A DNA stretch of 63,227 nt, the filler included, from Globobulimina sp. (Eukaryota): assembly GCA_003354225.1 (NCBI GenBank). It is 46 parts of 46 records of this genome, joined end to end, with 100 filler letters (N's around TTAATTAATTAA, not from the genome) between each part and the next. Parts side by side here need not be neighbours in the genome. Positions count along the whole stretch, not along the records: positions 35,809 to 37,084 come from PIVH01019593.1; positions 37,185 to 38,460 come from PIVH01019594.1; positions 38,561 to 39,836 come from PIVH01019595.1; positions 39,937 to 41,212 come from PIVH01019596.1; positions 41,313 to 42,588 come from PIVH01019597.1; positions 42,689 to 43,964 come from PIVH01019598.1; positions 44,065 to 45,340 come from PIVH01019599.1; positions 45,441 to 46,716 come from PIVH01019600.1; 38 more parts are not named here. One strand, given 5' to 3'. Under the pieces are notes generated by a model. It had not been told where the DNA came from. It was given only the letters and a program-made list of their open reading frames with translations, and searched no databases. The translations under genes and the position numbers were made by a program. Positions 35,811 to 45,526 of this stretch are shown piece after piece. Each line of letters opens with the position of its first letter. The first letter of the stretch is position 1.

Positions 35811-36008
35811 AATAGCATATATCGCGTTTATCCGAATGGTGATAGTTTAGCATCGCATTTTTCATATAACGAAAATCCATACGTATGTTGGAATAAAGGT
35901 ATTCAGGTTGTGGCATTTAATATGCAAATCATTGACGATACCTTTTCGCATTTTTTTAAGAAGTTTAAAAAGTATTCGTTTGTGCTAAAATCCCCGTTAT
36001 TAAGATAA
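35811..36008 (+). CDS. Phosphoinositide phospholipase C Y-box C-terminus (NCLDV context)
   Basis: Manual translation IYRVYPNG...SYNENPYVCWNKGIQVVAFNMQ...FVLKSPLLR*, the PI-PLC-Y signature; ends without a C2 domain. Confidence 0.8.
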   Translation, partial: NSIYRVYPNGDSLASHFSYNENPYVCWNKGIQVVAFNMQIIDDTFSHFFKKFKKYSFVLKSPLLR

Positions 36009-36041
36009 AATAAAAATAAACTATATATTAAATATATAAAT

Positions 36042-36536
36042 ATGGGATTTGATCCAACAATATGTGGACCATCTTCGTGTGTATTTTTACATTGTGTCGC
36101 ATTAGCATATCCAGATAATCCAACAATACAGGATAAGAAGCATTATTCGGAGTTTTTTTTAAACTTACAATATGTATTACCATGTTCGCAATGCGCTGAG
36201 CATTTTGAAATACATATTAAAAACCCAGTACTTAATATTAACAATTATTTAAGCGGACCCGACCAGCTTTTTGGATGGACTATGAAAATTCGGAATGAAG
36301 TTCAAAAATTATTAAATAAGCCGCTAATTGACGCTGATTCGGTAAAAGCACATTTTTATGAACAACAATTTGGAGGTTCATCACGGTTCGATAAAGTTTT
36401 TGGTGGGTTATCTTGGCGCCGAATACCAACATTTTGGAAATGTATATTTATATTATCATCAAGTGTATTATGTATATCAATTGTGTATTTAATATTAAGT
36501 AAATACAAAATAAAATTAAGTATCAATAAACGATAA
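36042..36536 (+). CDS. Erv1/Alr thiol oxidase (NCLDV core gene type)
   Basis: DPTICGP..CVFLHCVALAYPDNPT, LPCSQCAEHF (CxxC), C-terminal TM helix as in viral homologues. Confidence 0.85.
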   Translation: MGFDPTICGPSSCVFLHCVALAYPDNPTIQDKKHYSEFFLNLQYVLPCSQCAEHFEIHIKNPVLNINNYLSGPDQLFGWTMKIRNEVQKLLNKPLIDADSVKAHFYEQQFGGSSRFDKVFGGLSWRRIPTFWKCIFILSSSVLCISIVYLILSKYKIKLSINKR

Positions 36537-37084
36537 TTATTGTTTTAATATTTTATTGATTTTATTTTTATTTGCTTTGTATATTTTCATTAAAGTTTTT
36601 TTGTCTATATTTCTATAGTCAAAAATTCTCAATTCGGATTGTTTTTTATATTCAAAATCAAAATGTGTTTTTAATATTTTTTTAATTTCAGCAATAGATT
36701 CATTTATTCCAATGCGCTCATATATAACCTCGTTCATCATTAGTTTTGATAATTTAATTAATGCTAATATATATTTTCGATTTTTATGTACTATTGGGTC
36801 CCATTCGAATTTGCGTCTGTATTTTTCAACGCACTCTTTAATTAATACACCAAGTTGATATGTCATTACGCGTGAATAAAAATTAAGAGACGCATCAACA
36901 GTTTCTTCATCTGGTATATTGTCTCCCATATATTCTATGATTTTATCATAATCAATGTACTTCTTATAGTTGATTTTACCGGGTGAGGGTTTTTTGCCAA
37001 AAAATATGCCTCGGTCAGATTTAAAATCGTCATTTAACTTTTTCGCAAACATTCGTTCTTCAACAGAGTTTAATAGATTATTAT
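36537..37084 (-). CDS. Protein kinase-like C-lobe, tail-to-tail with Erv1 (NCLDV-like)
   Basis: TYQLGVLI...LSKLMMNEVIYERIGINE resembles kinase subdomains IX-XI; zero intergenic gap. Confidence 0.5.
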
Positions 37085-37184
37085 NNNNNNNNNNNNNNNN
37101 NNNNNNNNNNNNNNNNNNNNNNNNNNNNTTAATTAATTAANNNNNNNNNNNNNNNNNNNNNNNNNNNNNNNNNNNNNNNNNNNN

Positions 37185-38047
37185 TTACTTTGGTCGTCGT
37201 TTGCTTTCACCAACGTAAATGTGCTAAAATCACCACAATCGGTGGCAGTATAAACAGCCAATTGAGTATCGATACAAACACCGGCATAACACACAATTTC
37301 TAATTCTAACTCGGATGCTGTTACTTTGTACCACAGTGAATTTTGTACATTTAGGTCATCCCCACACCATCCACTTTGACCGAAACAATCCGCGATATTT
37401 GGAAGTATTTCATTGCTTTGATTGGTGCCGTACTGAGTCAATACATCAATGACAACATCGCCCACTGCAATTTGCCTGGCTTCGCAGACATTGTCATTTG
37501 TCATTGCCGGACATTCGCCTTCTTCCAGTCCCGCCACCTCCATTTGGAAGGAACCTGTGTTACCTTCATATGAATCAACCTGAATGTAATATTCTTGCGT
37601 GGCACACTCAGTAAAGGGTAAAATATGTGAAGCGAATAAACCACAGCCATATTCACCGCCCAAATTATCATCATTTGCTTTGATCATGGTAAATGTGCTA
37701 AAATCTGCGCAATCGGAAACAGTGTAAACAGCTAATTGTGTATTCATACAAAAACCCGAATATTCGACCATTGTTAATTCTAATTCAAATGCGGTTACTT
37801 TGTACCAGATGGAATTTTGAACGTTGGTGTCGAAATAGTACCATCCATCTTGGCCGAATCCCTCATCTGCATCAACACCGGGAGATATTTCGTCCGTCTC
37901 TTTGGTAGCTTCGTCCGTGAAATTAGCTACGACAGAATCACCAATATGAATAAGTGTCGCATCACAGGCATTATCATTTGGTGGCGGGTCTGCAACGACG
38001 GTGGACATTAAAAATAAAATGGAAAATGCAATATACAGTGGTTCCAT
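37185..38047 (-). CDS. Secreted acidic protein with tandem about 160-aa NDxxCxA repeat domains
   Basis: Signal peptide; two near-identical domains (NDNACDA / NDNVCEA, VQNS(I/L)WYKVTA, TQLAVYT, ANDD). Confidence 0.75.
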
Positions 38048-38237
38048 GGTTGTATTGAAGTATTTGTATTGGATGTCGGCTGTCTGTGATCTACGATAGT
38101 TTGTGGTTTATTGTGCTGGCTTAGGTTCGCCGAGCAGTTGCGTAGGTTTGTGGAGTAGTAATGGAGTAAGAATGGTTAAGGTGGAGAAGTATAATTAAAA
38201 AAACTGTCAAGAAATACAAGTCTTAATTAAAAAAAGA

Positions 38238-38460
38238 ATGGGCGTACCAAGTTTCTTTCGTTGGTTATTGGAAAAATACCCGCGAGTCATCAAATACGTG
38301 AAAGAAGAGTTCATCGAATACGATGACAACGGTGGGCGAATATCAAAGTGATTCTGTCCGACGCCAATATCCCCGGCGAAGGCGAGCATAAAATCGCGCA
38401 GTTTGTGCGTCGCTGTCGCGGCTTAAAAGGGTATGACCCGAATACGCGGCATGTGCTCTA
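38238..38460 (+). pseudogene. XRN2/XRN1 5'-3' exoribonuclease with large internal deletion (probable amplification chimera)
   Basis: MGVPSFFRWLLEKYP joined out of frame to [21 protein letters not shown]...YDPNTRHVL. Confidence 0.85.
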
Positions 38461-38560
38461 NNNNNNNNNNNNNNNNNNNNNNNNNNNNNNNNNNNNNNNN
38501 NNNNTTAATTAATTAANNNNNNNNNNNNNNNNNNNNNNNNNNNNNNNNNNNNNNNNNNNN

Positions 38561-39429
38561 GTAGTCAGACTCGCTCAGTTCGGATAAATATTCGATGGAA
38601 TTGGTCAATAATTTCCTGCATTGCTTGAAATTGTTTGTATGCCACAGGTTTCTGTATTTGTCGCGTAATAAAATCTCTTCATTTGGTTGGTACACTAACC
38701 ATTGGTCTTTGAATAGGATGGGGAGCCAATACATTTCCTTGTTGTAGCCGGGAAATGTGACCAACATACAAGTTACGTCGGGGCATTCGTCGAATTTCGT
38801 TTCCATAATGGAGGCGATCCACAGACAAGTGTTGCCATCGTCGTCTTGGTCGAACCATATCACGCACTCAATTTTTCGTTTTTGGATTAATTCGCGGGAA
38901 CACGGTGCTAATAATTCGCGTACTTCATTGATTAATTTCTGCCGATCAATGTCTACTTTTTCTTCTTTTTTTTCGTCGGTATCGTCATCCACTGCCTCTG
39001 CCTCTGCTTTGTCACTGTTTTTATCGTTTTCTTTTTTGTCGATATCCATTTCGTTTTTCTCTGATTTTTTATCGATGATTAAACCATTGAATTCTAATAC
39101 TTTTGATGGGACTTTGGCCAAACCTGGTTTTCTTTGGCGCTTTTTTTTCTCGATCATCCCAGTGGATGGCGCTGGAATTAATGTCGGTTTCTCTGTGTTT
39201 GTTGGTTTTGATTTCCTATCGTCGTCATCCTTGGTATTTTATGTTGTTTGGTGATTATATTATTTGTTCTGGGAAAAGGCGTATAAAAAGCAGAAGTATC
39301 GCATACTATGACGAGAGGAGGTGTAGATCCCTTTTCTGTGGTTGTTTTGTGTTTTTTTGTGGGTGGCGATGAATCTTCGATTTCTGGTAATTTTCTTCTT
39401 TTTTTTCTTGGGGATGAATCGACTTCCAT
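38561..39429 (-). CDS. Nuclear protein with NLS and Tudor/chromo-barrel-like domain; intron 39230-39306
   Basis: PRKKRRK NLS; LWIASI...LVTFPGYNKEMYW aromatic-cage-like pattern; a 77-nt intron joins the two ORFs in frame. Confidence 0.55.
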
Positions 39430-39936
39430 GCTCAGAAATGCTTGGAAAAAAAGAGTGAAAAAGTTGAGTTTTTTGTAGTTAGGAAAACATCATTTGTATT
39501 AAAAATGAAAATGCTATGGAGAGGTGTCATAGTATAATTCATGTATCAACCAATCAATTTGCAAATGGATCCAACAAAAAGAACACATTATTTAATTTGT
39601 TTGGTTGGACGTTAAGAAACCATTAACATCTCCATTGTGCAACAACAATCGACCTGAATTATTTTCATCAATAGAAACACGAATTGGCGGTTTCCACGAT
39701 AATAATTCGTTTTTAATACATTGTTTCATTGTTTGTTGAGTTGTTATTTTAACAGAATGTGATGATTTGCCACAAATTATAATCATATTTGCCACAATAT
39801 TTTCCATTTCAAATTCAAATATATACCTCAATATAANNNNNNNNNNNNNNNNNNNNNNNNNNNNNNNNNNNNNNNNNNNNTTAATTAATTAANNNNNNNN
39901 NNNNNNNNNNNNNNNNNNNNNNNNNNNNNNNNNNNN

Positions 39937-40767
39937 TTAGTGTTAGTTCCGTCGTATTTGGAATATAAAACCATTGAAAGTATCCTCCCCTCGGCGCGAG
40001 AAACATTTGTTTTCAGCAAAAAGTTGAATATTTGCGGCGTGATAGTGGCCTCAGAAAGGGATGGAAGGGCAAGGGATGGCGTCGAGGTCGAGGTCGGTGT
40101 GGACCAAGAATGCGATGAACAGAATGAAGAGGCGCCGGGCGAACAGAATAAATTATACATCGTACAATGTGGCACTGGTTTGATAAATGTGTCATTGTGC
40201 ATTGGTATCATTGTGCAAAGAGTGCATATCGACGCAATCTTATTATTGGGACATGCGATATCGTTAAAACCGAAATGCATAAAACCGGGACATTTGTTAC
40301 TGCCAAATAGCATCATTCAGCATGATTTATGCAACAGCGCGGAGGTAGAGAATGATGCGTTGTTTAAAATTAATTATAAATTGTCGCAATGGATCAAGAC
40401 ATTAATTAATAAAAGATCGGAGAGGGAAAATGAAACATTGCCGGTGATGTATGAAGGGATTTTACTGTCTGGTTCGGAAATTATTAAATCTGAGACGCGG
40501 ATCGCATATTTGAATGATAATAAATATTATAATGATAATGGCGCGATGGCAGTGGACCGGGAAAGCATTTCTGTGGCTATTGTTTGTAGAATGCTGCGGA
40601 TACCATTTGTTGTGTTGAAATCTATAGCACCGCCGAAGTGTGATGACAACCAAATTAATTTTGAAGCGTACGATGATACATCTTCGAATAATGCTATATT
40701 CGATTGTAATGCTTCTATTCCTGCGGTCCAAGCATTGCTAAAAGAATATACCATGTTGGATTATTAA
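39937..40767 (+). CDS. MTA/SAH nucleosidase-like (PNP/UDP family) domain, divergent
   Basis: QCGTGLIN, IIQHD, GILLSG, AVDRESISVAIVC, IPFVVLKSI. Confidence 0.75.
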   Translation, partial: LVLVPSYLEYKTIESILPSARETFVFSKKLNICGVIVASERDGRARDGVEVEVGVDQECDEQNEEAPGEQNKLYIVQCGTGLINVSLCIGIIVQRVHIDAILLLGHAISLKPKCIKPGHLLLPNSIIQHDLCNSAEVENDALFKINYKLSQWIKTLINKRSERENETLPVMYEGILLSGSEIIKSETRIAYLNDNKYYNDNGAMAVDRESISVAIVCRMLRIPFVVLKSIAPPKCDDNQINFEAYDDTSSNNAIFDCNASIPAVQALLKEYTMLDY

Positions 40768-41053
40768 TTATAAATTGATTCGATTCAGATTTTGTTGTTG
40801 TTGTTTGTTTCTTGAAATTAAAATTAAACCTAGGCTCTTTTTTTAGTTGTGTTAAATGAAAGGAAAGGAAAGGATATTAGATCCATCTTGCAAATAATTT
40901 AATGGCAATGCACCTTGCAAATATTCCTGCCTTCGCCTATGTGGTATTAAACAATGCTTATTAAGCAAAAAAAAGATAATTAAATTTAAAATTTAAAAAA
41001 AACAATTAGAAATATAGAAATATAAGATATTTTATTAGAAATATAAGTGAAGA

Positions 41054-41212
41054 TTAAGGACATGAAGACATAAACTCGCATCTCTTTAACATATCATCCC
41101 AAACTAAGCCTTGTGGACAGGGACGATTATCCAATAAATGACCGTCCGCCCAACACGAGGCATACACGGCGTCGCTATTGCTACAAGACTCATAATCACC
41201 ATCTGCGACCCG
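41054..41212 (-). CDS. Chitin-binding peritrophin-A (CBM14)-like C-terminal domain
   Basis: Manual translation DGDYESCSNSDAVYASCWADGHLLDNRPCPQGLVWDDMLKRCEFMSSCP*. Confidence 0.75.
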   Translation of the reverse strand, partial: RVADGDYESCSNSDAVYASCWADGHLLDNRPCPQGLVWDDMLKRCEFMSSCP

Positions 41213-41314
41213 NNNNNNNNNNNNNNNNNNNNNNNNNNNNNNNNNNNNNNNNNNNNTTAATTAATTAANNNNNNNNNNNNNNNNNNNNNNNNNNNNNNNN
41301 NNNNNNNNNNNNCG

Positions 41315-41971
41315 GATAAGACCATCAATCCAATCGGTCCAATATTAACAAAATATGCATCCTTGGCAAAGAAACACAATATATGGTTAAGTTTGGGTGG
41401 AATACCAATTTCAAACAAACAAAAACTGTTTAATTGTCATGTCATTATTGATAATAACGGCAAAATTGTTAACTATTATAATAAAATACATTTATTTGAT
41501 GTGAATATTCCAAATGGTATAACAATCAAAGAATCCTCATGGACGACGCCAGGGAATAAGTTGGTAACTTGTGACTCACCAATTGGTTGTTTAGGATTAA
41601 CAGTGTGTTATGATGTTCGTTTCCCTGCGCTATACTCTTCCTTAAGAAGAAAGGGTGCTAATATTTTATTAGTGCCATCTGCATTCAGTGTAGAAACGGG
41701 TTACGCTCATTGGGATGTTTTATTGCGGTCTCGAGCCATTGAAAACCAATGTTATGTGATCGCAGCTGCCCAAATTGGCAAACATAATGATAAAAGAAAA
41801 ACTTATGGATACTCATTATGCATAGATCCATGGGGGACAATCATCGGTAAAGCTTCACCTAAAGCCTCACCCAGTTTTTTTGTCGTACAAATTGATCTTG
41901 ATATTGTGCAAAAAGTTCGACAATCAATGCCGATTGCAATGCATGAAAAGCCACATTTGTACAAACTTTGA
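41315..41971 (+). CDS. NIT1: Nit1-like carbon-nitrogen hydrolase (deaminated glutathione amidase), 5'-partial
   Basis: YNKIHLFDV, GLTVCYDVRFP, PSAF..TG.AHW..LLRSRAIENQCYVIAAAQ, DPWG. Confidence 0.9.
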   Translation, partial: DKTINPIGPILTKYASLAKKHNIWLSLGGIPISNKQKLFNCHVIIDNNGKIVNYYNKIHLFDVNIPNGITIKESSWTTPGNKLVTCDSPIGCLGLTVCYDVRFPALYSSLRRKGANILLVPSAFSVETGYAHWDVLLRSRAIENQCYVIAAAQIGKHNDKRKTYGYSLCIDPWGTIIGKASPKASPSFFVVQIDLDIVQKVRQSMPIAMHEKPHLYKL

Positions 41972-42034
41972 TTAATTCCAAATTCATTATTCTATTAAAC
42001 TGAAAACTTTAAAAATCAAACTTAAGTGCAAATA

Positions 42035-42588
42035 ATGGCAGATCCGTATTCCTCAGTGCCAAGTGCACCGCCCCGCGATGATGAAAACGAAGCTTTTATC
42101 GATAGCACACCACACTACATCTCAGCAAAACAGACAGCCTATGATGAAGACGATGACGTGCACAAAGCAATAAAACCGGATTATTCGACACCATTTCCAT
42201 ACTCATCGGCGCCCGATCCAGCCATCGCATCCTCGGCAGTCGAATTCCACAATACACAAATGTATAACGATGGGGTATCTGATGAAGATGAAGGATTTGG
42301 CCATTCCACCTATGGACAACGAATGGATTATACCACCGCAGAATATCAAGATAAATTTTTTCTGTTTTTGTGGCTTTTACATTTTATTATAATGTTTGTG
42401 ACATTGATATACCAATGGTCCGATACGCGAATTGTAATAAAAGAAGCCAACGCAGGCTTTTTAATTGTGTTTGTATGCGCAGTGATTGGTGCTATTTTAG
42501 GCTATGCCTGGACGAAAATATTACGTATTTATACTGGCAAAATAATCAAATTAATGTTATGGGGAAACTTAGTATTTTTACTCATCGC
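42035..42588 (+). CDS. Choline transporter-like (CTL/PNS1) protein N-terminus
   Basis: Long acidic N-tail, YQDKFFLFLWLLH first TM, following TMs. Confidence 0.7.
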
Positions 42589-42690
42589 NNNNNNNNNNNN
42601 NNNNNNNNNNNNNNNNNNNNNNNNNNNNNNNNTTAATTAATTAANNNNNNNNNNNNNNNNNNNNNNNNNNNNNNNNNNNNNNNNNNNNCT

Positions 42691-42867
42691 GCGGAAGCAA
42701 TATCATTGACAAACAAATTGGGCCAAGAAAGAATTGTTGCGGGCAAATATACTTTGTTGATGGGAGATTATCAAAATAATAATTATGTTAAAAAAGAAAT
42801 ACAATTAGTTGGAAGAGAGGAAATCATATTTGACCTTGCTAAAATTAACAAAAAATCTCATAAATAA
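42691..42867 (+). CDS. C-terminal Fn3-like domain, probably of a GH3 glycosidase
   Basis: ISLTNKLGQERIVAGKYTLLMGD resembles the GH3 Fn3-like tail. Confidence 0.45.
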   Translation, partial: AEAISLTNKLGQERIVAGKYTLLMGDYQNNNYVKKEIQLVGREEIIFDLAKINKKSHK

Positions 42868-42909
42868 TACAAAACTACTGTACTTTTGTCCGACTCCTGA
42901 GCTCTAGAG

Positions 42910-43886
42910 ATGGCTCTCCCTGCTTTATCGCCTCCATTTGTGAGAGTAGTTCCAATCAATACGGGCAGTCTGGAGTTGCCGGAAGAAGCAATGTTTGAAG
43001 GTGGGTCAACCGATGTTGTGCATCCAGTGACAGTGTTATCGTTTCTTATTCATCATCCAAACAATGGAATGCTTTTATATGATTTAGGTATAACACTTTT
43101 TTATATACTCATCGTATACGTATATTTGTTGTATATTAAAAATAATTAATTTATTTGCTAGGTTTGAGTCAAGATTTTAAAAAGAAAGATTATGGTCGTT
43201 GGAAACCAATGGCTGAATTTTTAGATAAATGGAATATAACATTTTATGATGATTTTACTTTACAGAAACATATCAGAGAGACATTAAAATATAATGTAGC
43301 TGATATTCACAGTGTCGTTTTGTCTCATTTCCATTGGGATCATGTTGGTGATATTGGCTTATTTGCAGATAAAACTCGGGTCATTATGGGCTGTGGAATA
43401 AATGAAATCCGACATAATGTCTGTTGTTGTGGTAGAGAACACGATGCTTACTTTGGACCGGAATTTCCAAAATGTACTAAAATTGAAGAAGTAAGGTTCA
43501 CAGACAACAAATCTGTCAAAATCGGACCATTTGACAAATGTTTTGATTTGTATGGTGATGGGACCTTATTTATTGTTGATGGTCCAGGCCATGTCAAGGG
43601 TCATATTATGCTGTTGGCCAAAAGCCAAATTGGTTGGATATTGATGGCGGGCGATGCGGTGTATCATAGTAAGAGCTATATGATGGATAAACCCATTGCT
43701 AAGGGAACTTTTGGCGGTGAACCAGCTGACGTTGAGCCGGAAATATCATTTCAAACAATGCGCAAAATCCATGCTTTTTATAATATGAAAAATAGTATTG
43801 TTTGTCAAGCACATTTAATGATGAAAACGTTTGATCCGAATACGGTGTTCTTTGATCAAAAACGGAAACCAAAAAGTAAATTGTGA
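42910..43886 (+). CDS. Metallo-beta-lactamase-fold hydrolase, AHL-lactonase (AiiA)-like; intron 43088-43161
   Basis: SFLIHHP..LLYDLG, SHFHWDHVG (HxHxDH), DLYGDG, GPGHVKGH, AGDA, QAH. Confidence 0.85.
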
Positions 43887-44065
43887 GTAAATTTGTAATC
43901 ATAAATTAATTAATTAATCATCACTTTTATGTCATTTAACGATATGAGAGATGCGATTTAAAACNNNNNNNNNNNNNNNNNNNNNNNNNNNNNNNNNNNN
44001 NNNNNNNNTTAATTAATTAANNNNNNNNNNNNNNNNNNNNNNNNNNNNNNNNNNNNNNNNNNNNT

Positions 44066-45070
44066 GGCGGTATAGTTAGTTGTATTTGTTTGGCACTATT
44101 CAGAATTGATCAAGGTTTGGTATATGGTGGATTTGGCTTTTTTGGTATACAATTATTAGGTTTATTCTCTATCATTTTATTAAGTTTAATATCAAGTTTG
44201 TTATTATGTTTTGTATTAGAAACAACAGTGGGTTTAAGAGTTGATATATTCAGCGGTTATTTAGATGTGCGGGAGAATAGAAGCAATGTATCAGAAACAT
44301 TAAATATTGCCGTTACTGTACGAACACCCACAACCAATGCGTGGTTATGGCATTTTCATAAATTTTTGGAAAAAAGGTTAAGTTACGAACATTTAGATTT
44401 TTTAGTGGCTTGCAATAGGTTAATAAATAAGATTGAATATTTTGAAGAGAAATACGGTGTTGGTGTGTTTATGGAGGCGGATAAAGAAGAGAGCATATTA
44501 CATGATAGAGATTGTTTAATTGATTTGTATTTAGATACATCATCTGAGTATGTTGTGAATGTATCGCATGCAAAATTACAATTTTTTAAAAAAGAGAAAA
44601 AAAGGCTAAAACCTTTTGAATTAAAAACTGTTTTATTAGAGGTTTATGTCGAAATATTAAGAATGCTACAAATACCATTTACGGAATGGCTAAGAGAATA
44701 TTTGGAAGAACTACAGATTAAACAACGAAGAAATGTGAAAAGATCAAAGCTAGCACGCGTATCATTTGCTGGCGATTCAGATGCTGCAAATTCTGATTCT
44801 GCAAATATATTAGAAAACAATTCGAAATATAGGAAAGTATATCATGTATCGGAAAATTATAAAATTGAATGGAAAATTGTTAGATATACTGCGACTGAAA
44901 GTTGTTGGTTTTGTTTGTATCTCTGGCCATGTTCAAGAAAATATAAAAATAGAAAAGGTATGAATGATAATATGAGAATGAGTCGACCTTCAATTGTATT
45001 GCCACAAGGTGTGTCACAAAAGAAATTTAGAGCACATCAAAAAGAATCATTCATTCAACCAGAATGTTAA
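44066..45070 (+). CDS. Ammonium transporter (Amt/Mep) C-terminus fused to an RGS domain, 5'-partial
   Basis: GGIVSCICLALF (TM10), GIQLLG...TM11, GLRV...LD Amt tail (44066-44266); then RGS motifs FHKFLEKRLSYEHLDF, LYLDTSSEYVVNVS, VEILRML (about 44297-44695) in one uninterrupted frame. Confidence 0.78.
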   Translation, partial: GGIVSCICLALFRIDQGLVYGGFGFFGIQLLGLFSIILLSLISSLLLCFVLETTVGLRVDIFSGYLDVRENRSNVSETLNIAVTVRTPTTNAWLWHFHKFLEKRLSYEHLDFLVACNRLINKIEYFEEKYGVGVFMEADKEESILHDRDCLIDLYLDTSSEYVVNVSHAKLQFFKKEKKRLKPFELKTVLLEVYVEILRMLQIPFTEWLREYLEELQIKQRRNVKRSKLARVSFAGDSDAANSDSANILENNSKYRKVYHVSENYKIEWKIVRYTATESCWFCLYLWPCSRKYKNRKGMNDNMRMSRPSIVLPQGVSQKKFRAHQKESFIQPEC

Positions 45071-45164
45071 TACTCCATCCTTGCGATTTCATTAATTAAT
45101 TGTATTACAAATAAAACAACTTGTTTGTGTTGCTTGTGTGTTTTGCGTGTTTGTATCCAGACTA

Positions 45165-45340
45165 GTTTATAATTCTGCAAATGGCACAATACTTCTAACA
45201 TGTGAAGAAATTTCAATTGATACCGTACGTATTTCTGTCGCAGACACAGGTAAAGGAATCCCCACAGATGTACAAGATAAAGTATTTGAACCTTTTAATC
45301 GGCTTGGGGCCGAAATGTCAAACATTGAAGGCACAGGCAT
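45165..45340 (+). CDS. Histidine kinase HATPase_c fragment (bacterial, chimeric)
   Basis: ISVADTGKGIP, FEPFNRL, EGTG boxes. Confidence 0.85.
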
Positions 45341-45526
45341 NNNNNNNNNNNNNNNNNNNNNNNNNNNNNNNNNNNNNNNNNNNNTTAATTAATTAANNNN
45401 NNNNNNNNNNNNNNNNNNNNNNNNNNNNNNNNNNNNNNNNTAATACAGAAAGATAGGACGAGATTAACGTTACGATTCAAGCTCAATAAAGAGAAACATC
45501 GTGATAACAAATTATGTGCGTGGGAA

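Noticed and set aside
45138-45340. Histidine kinase as partner of the Amt-RGS gene
   Set aside because: Headless bacterial HATPase fragment starting abruptly in the 3' UTR; likely chimeric
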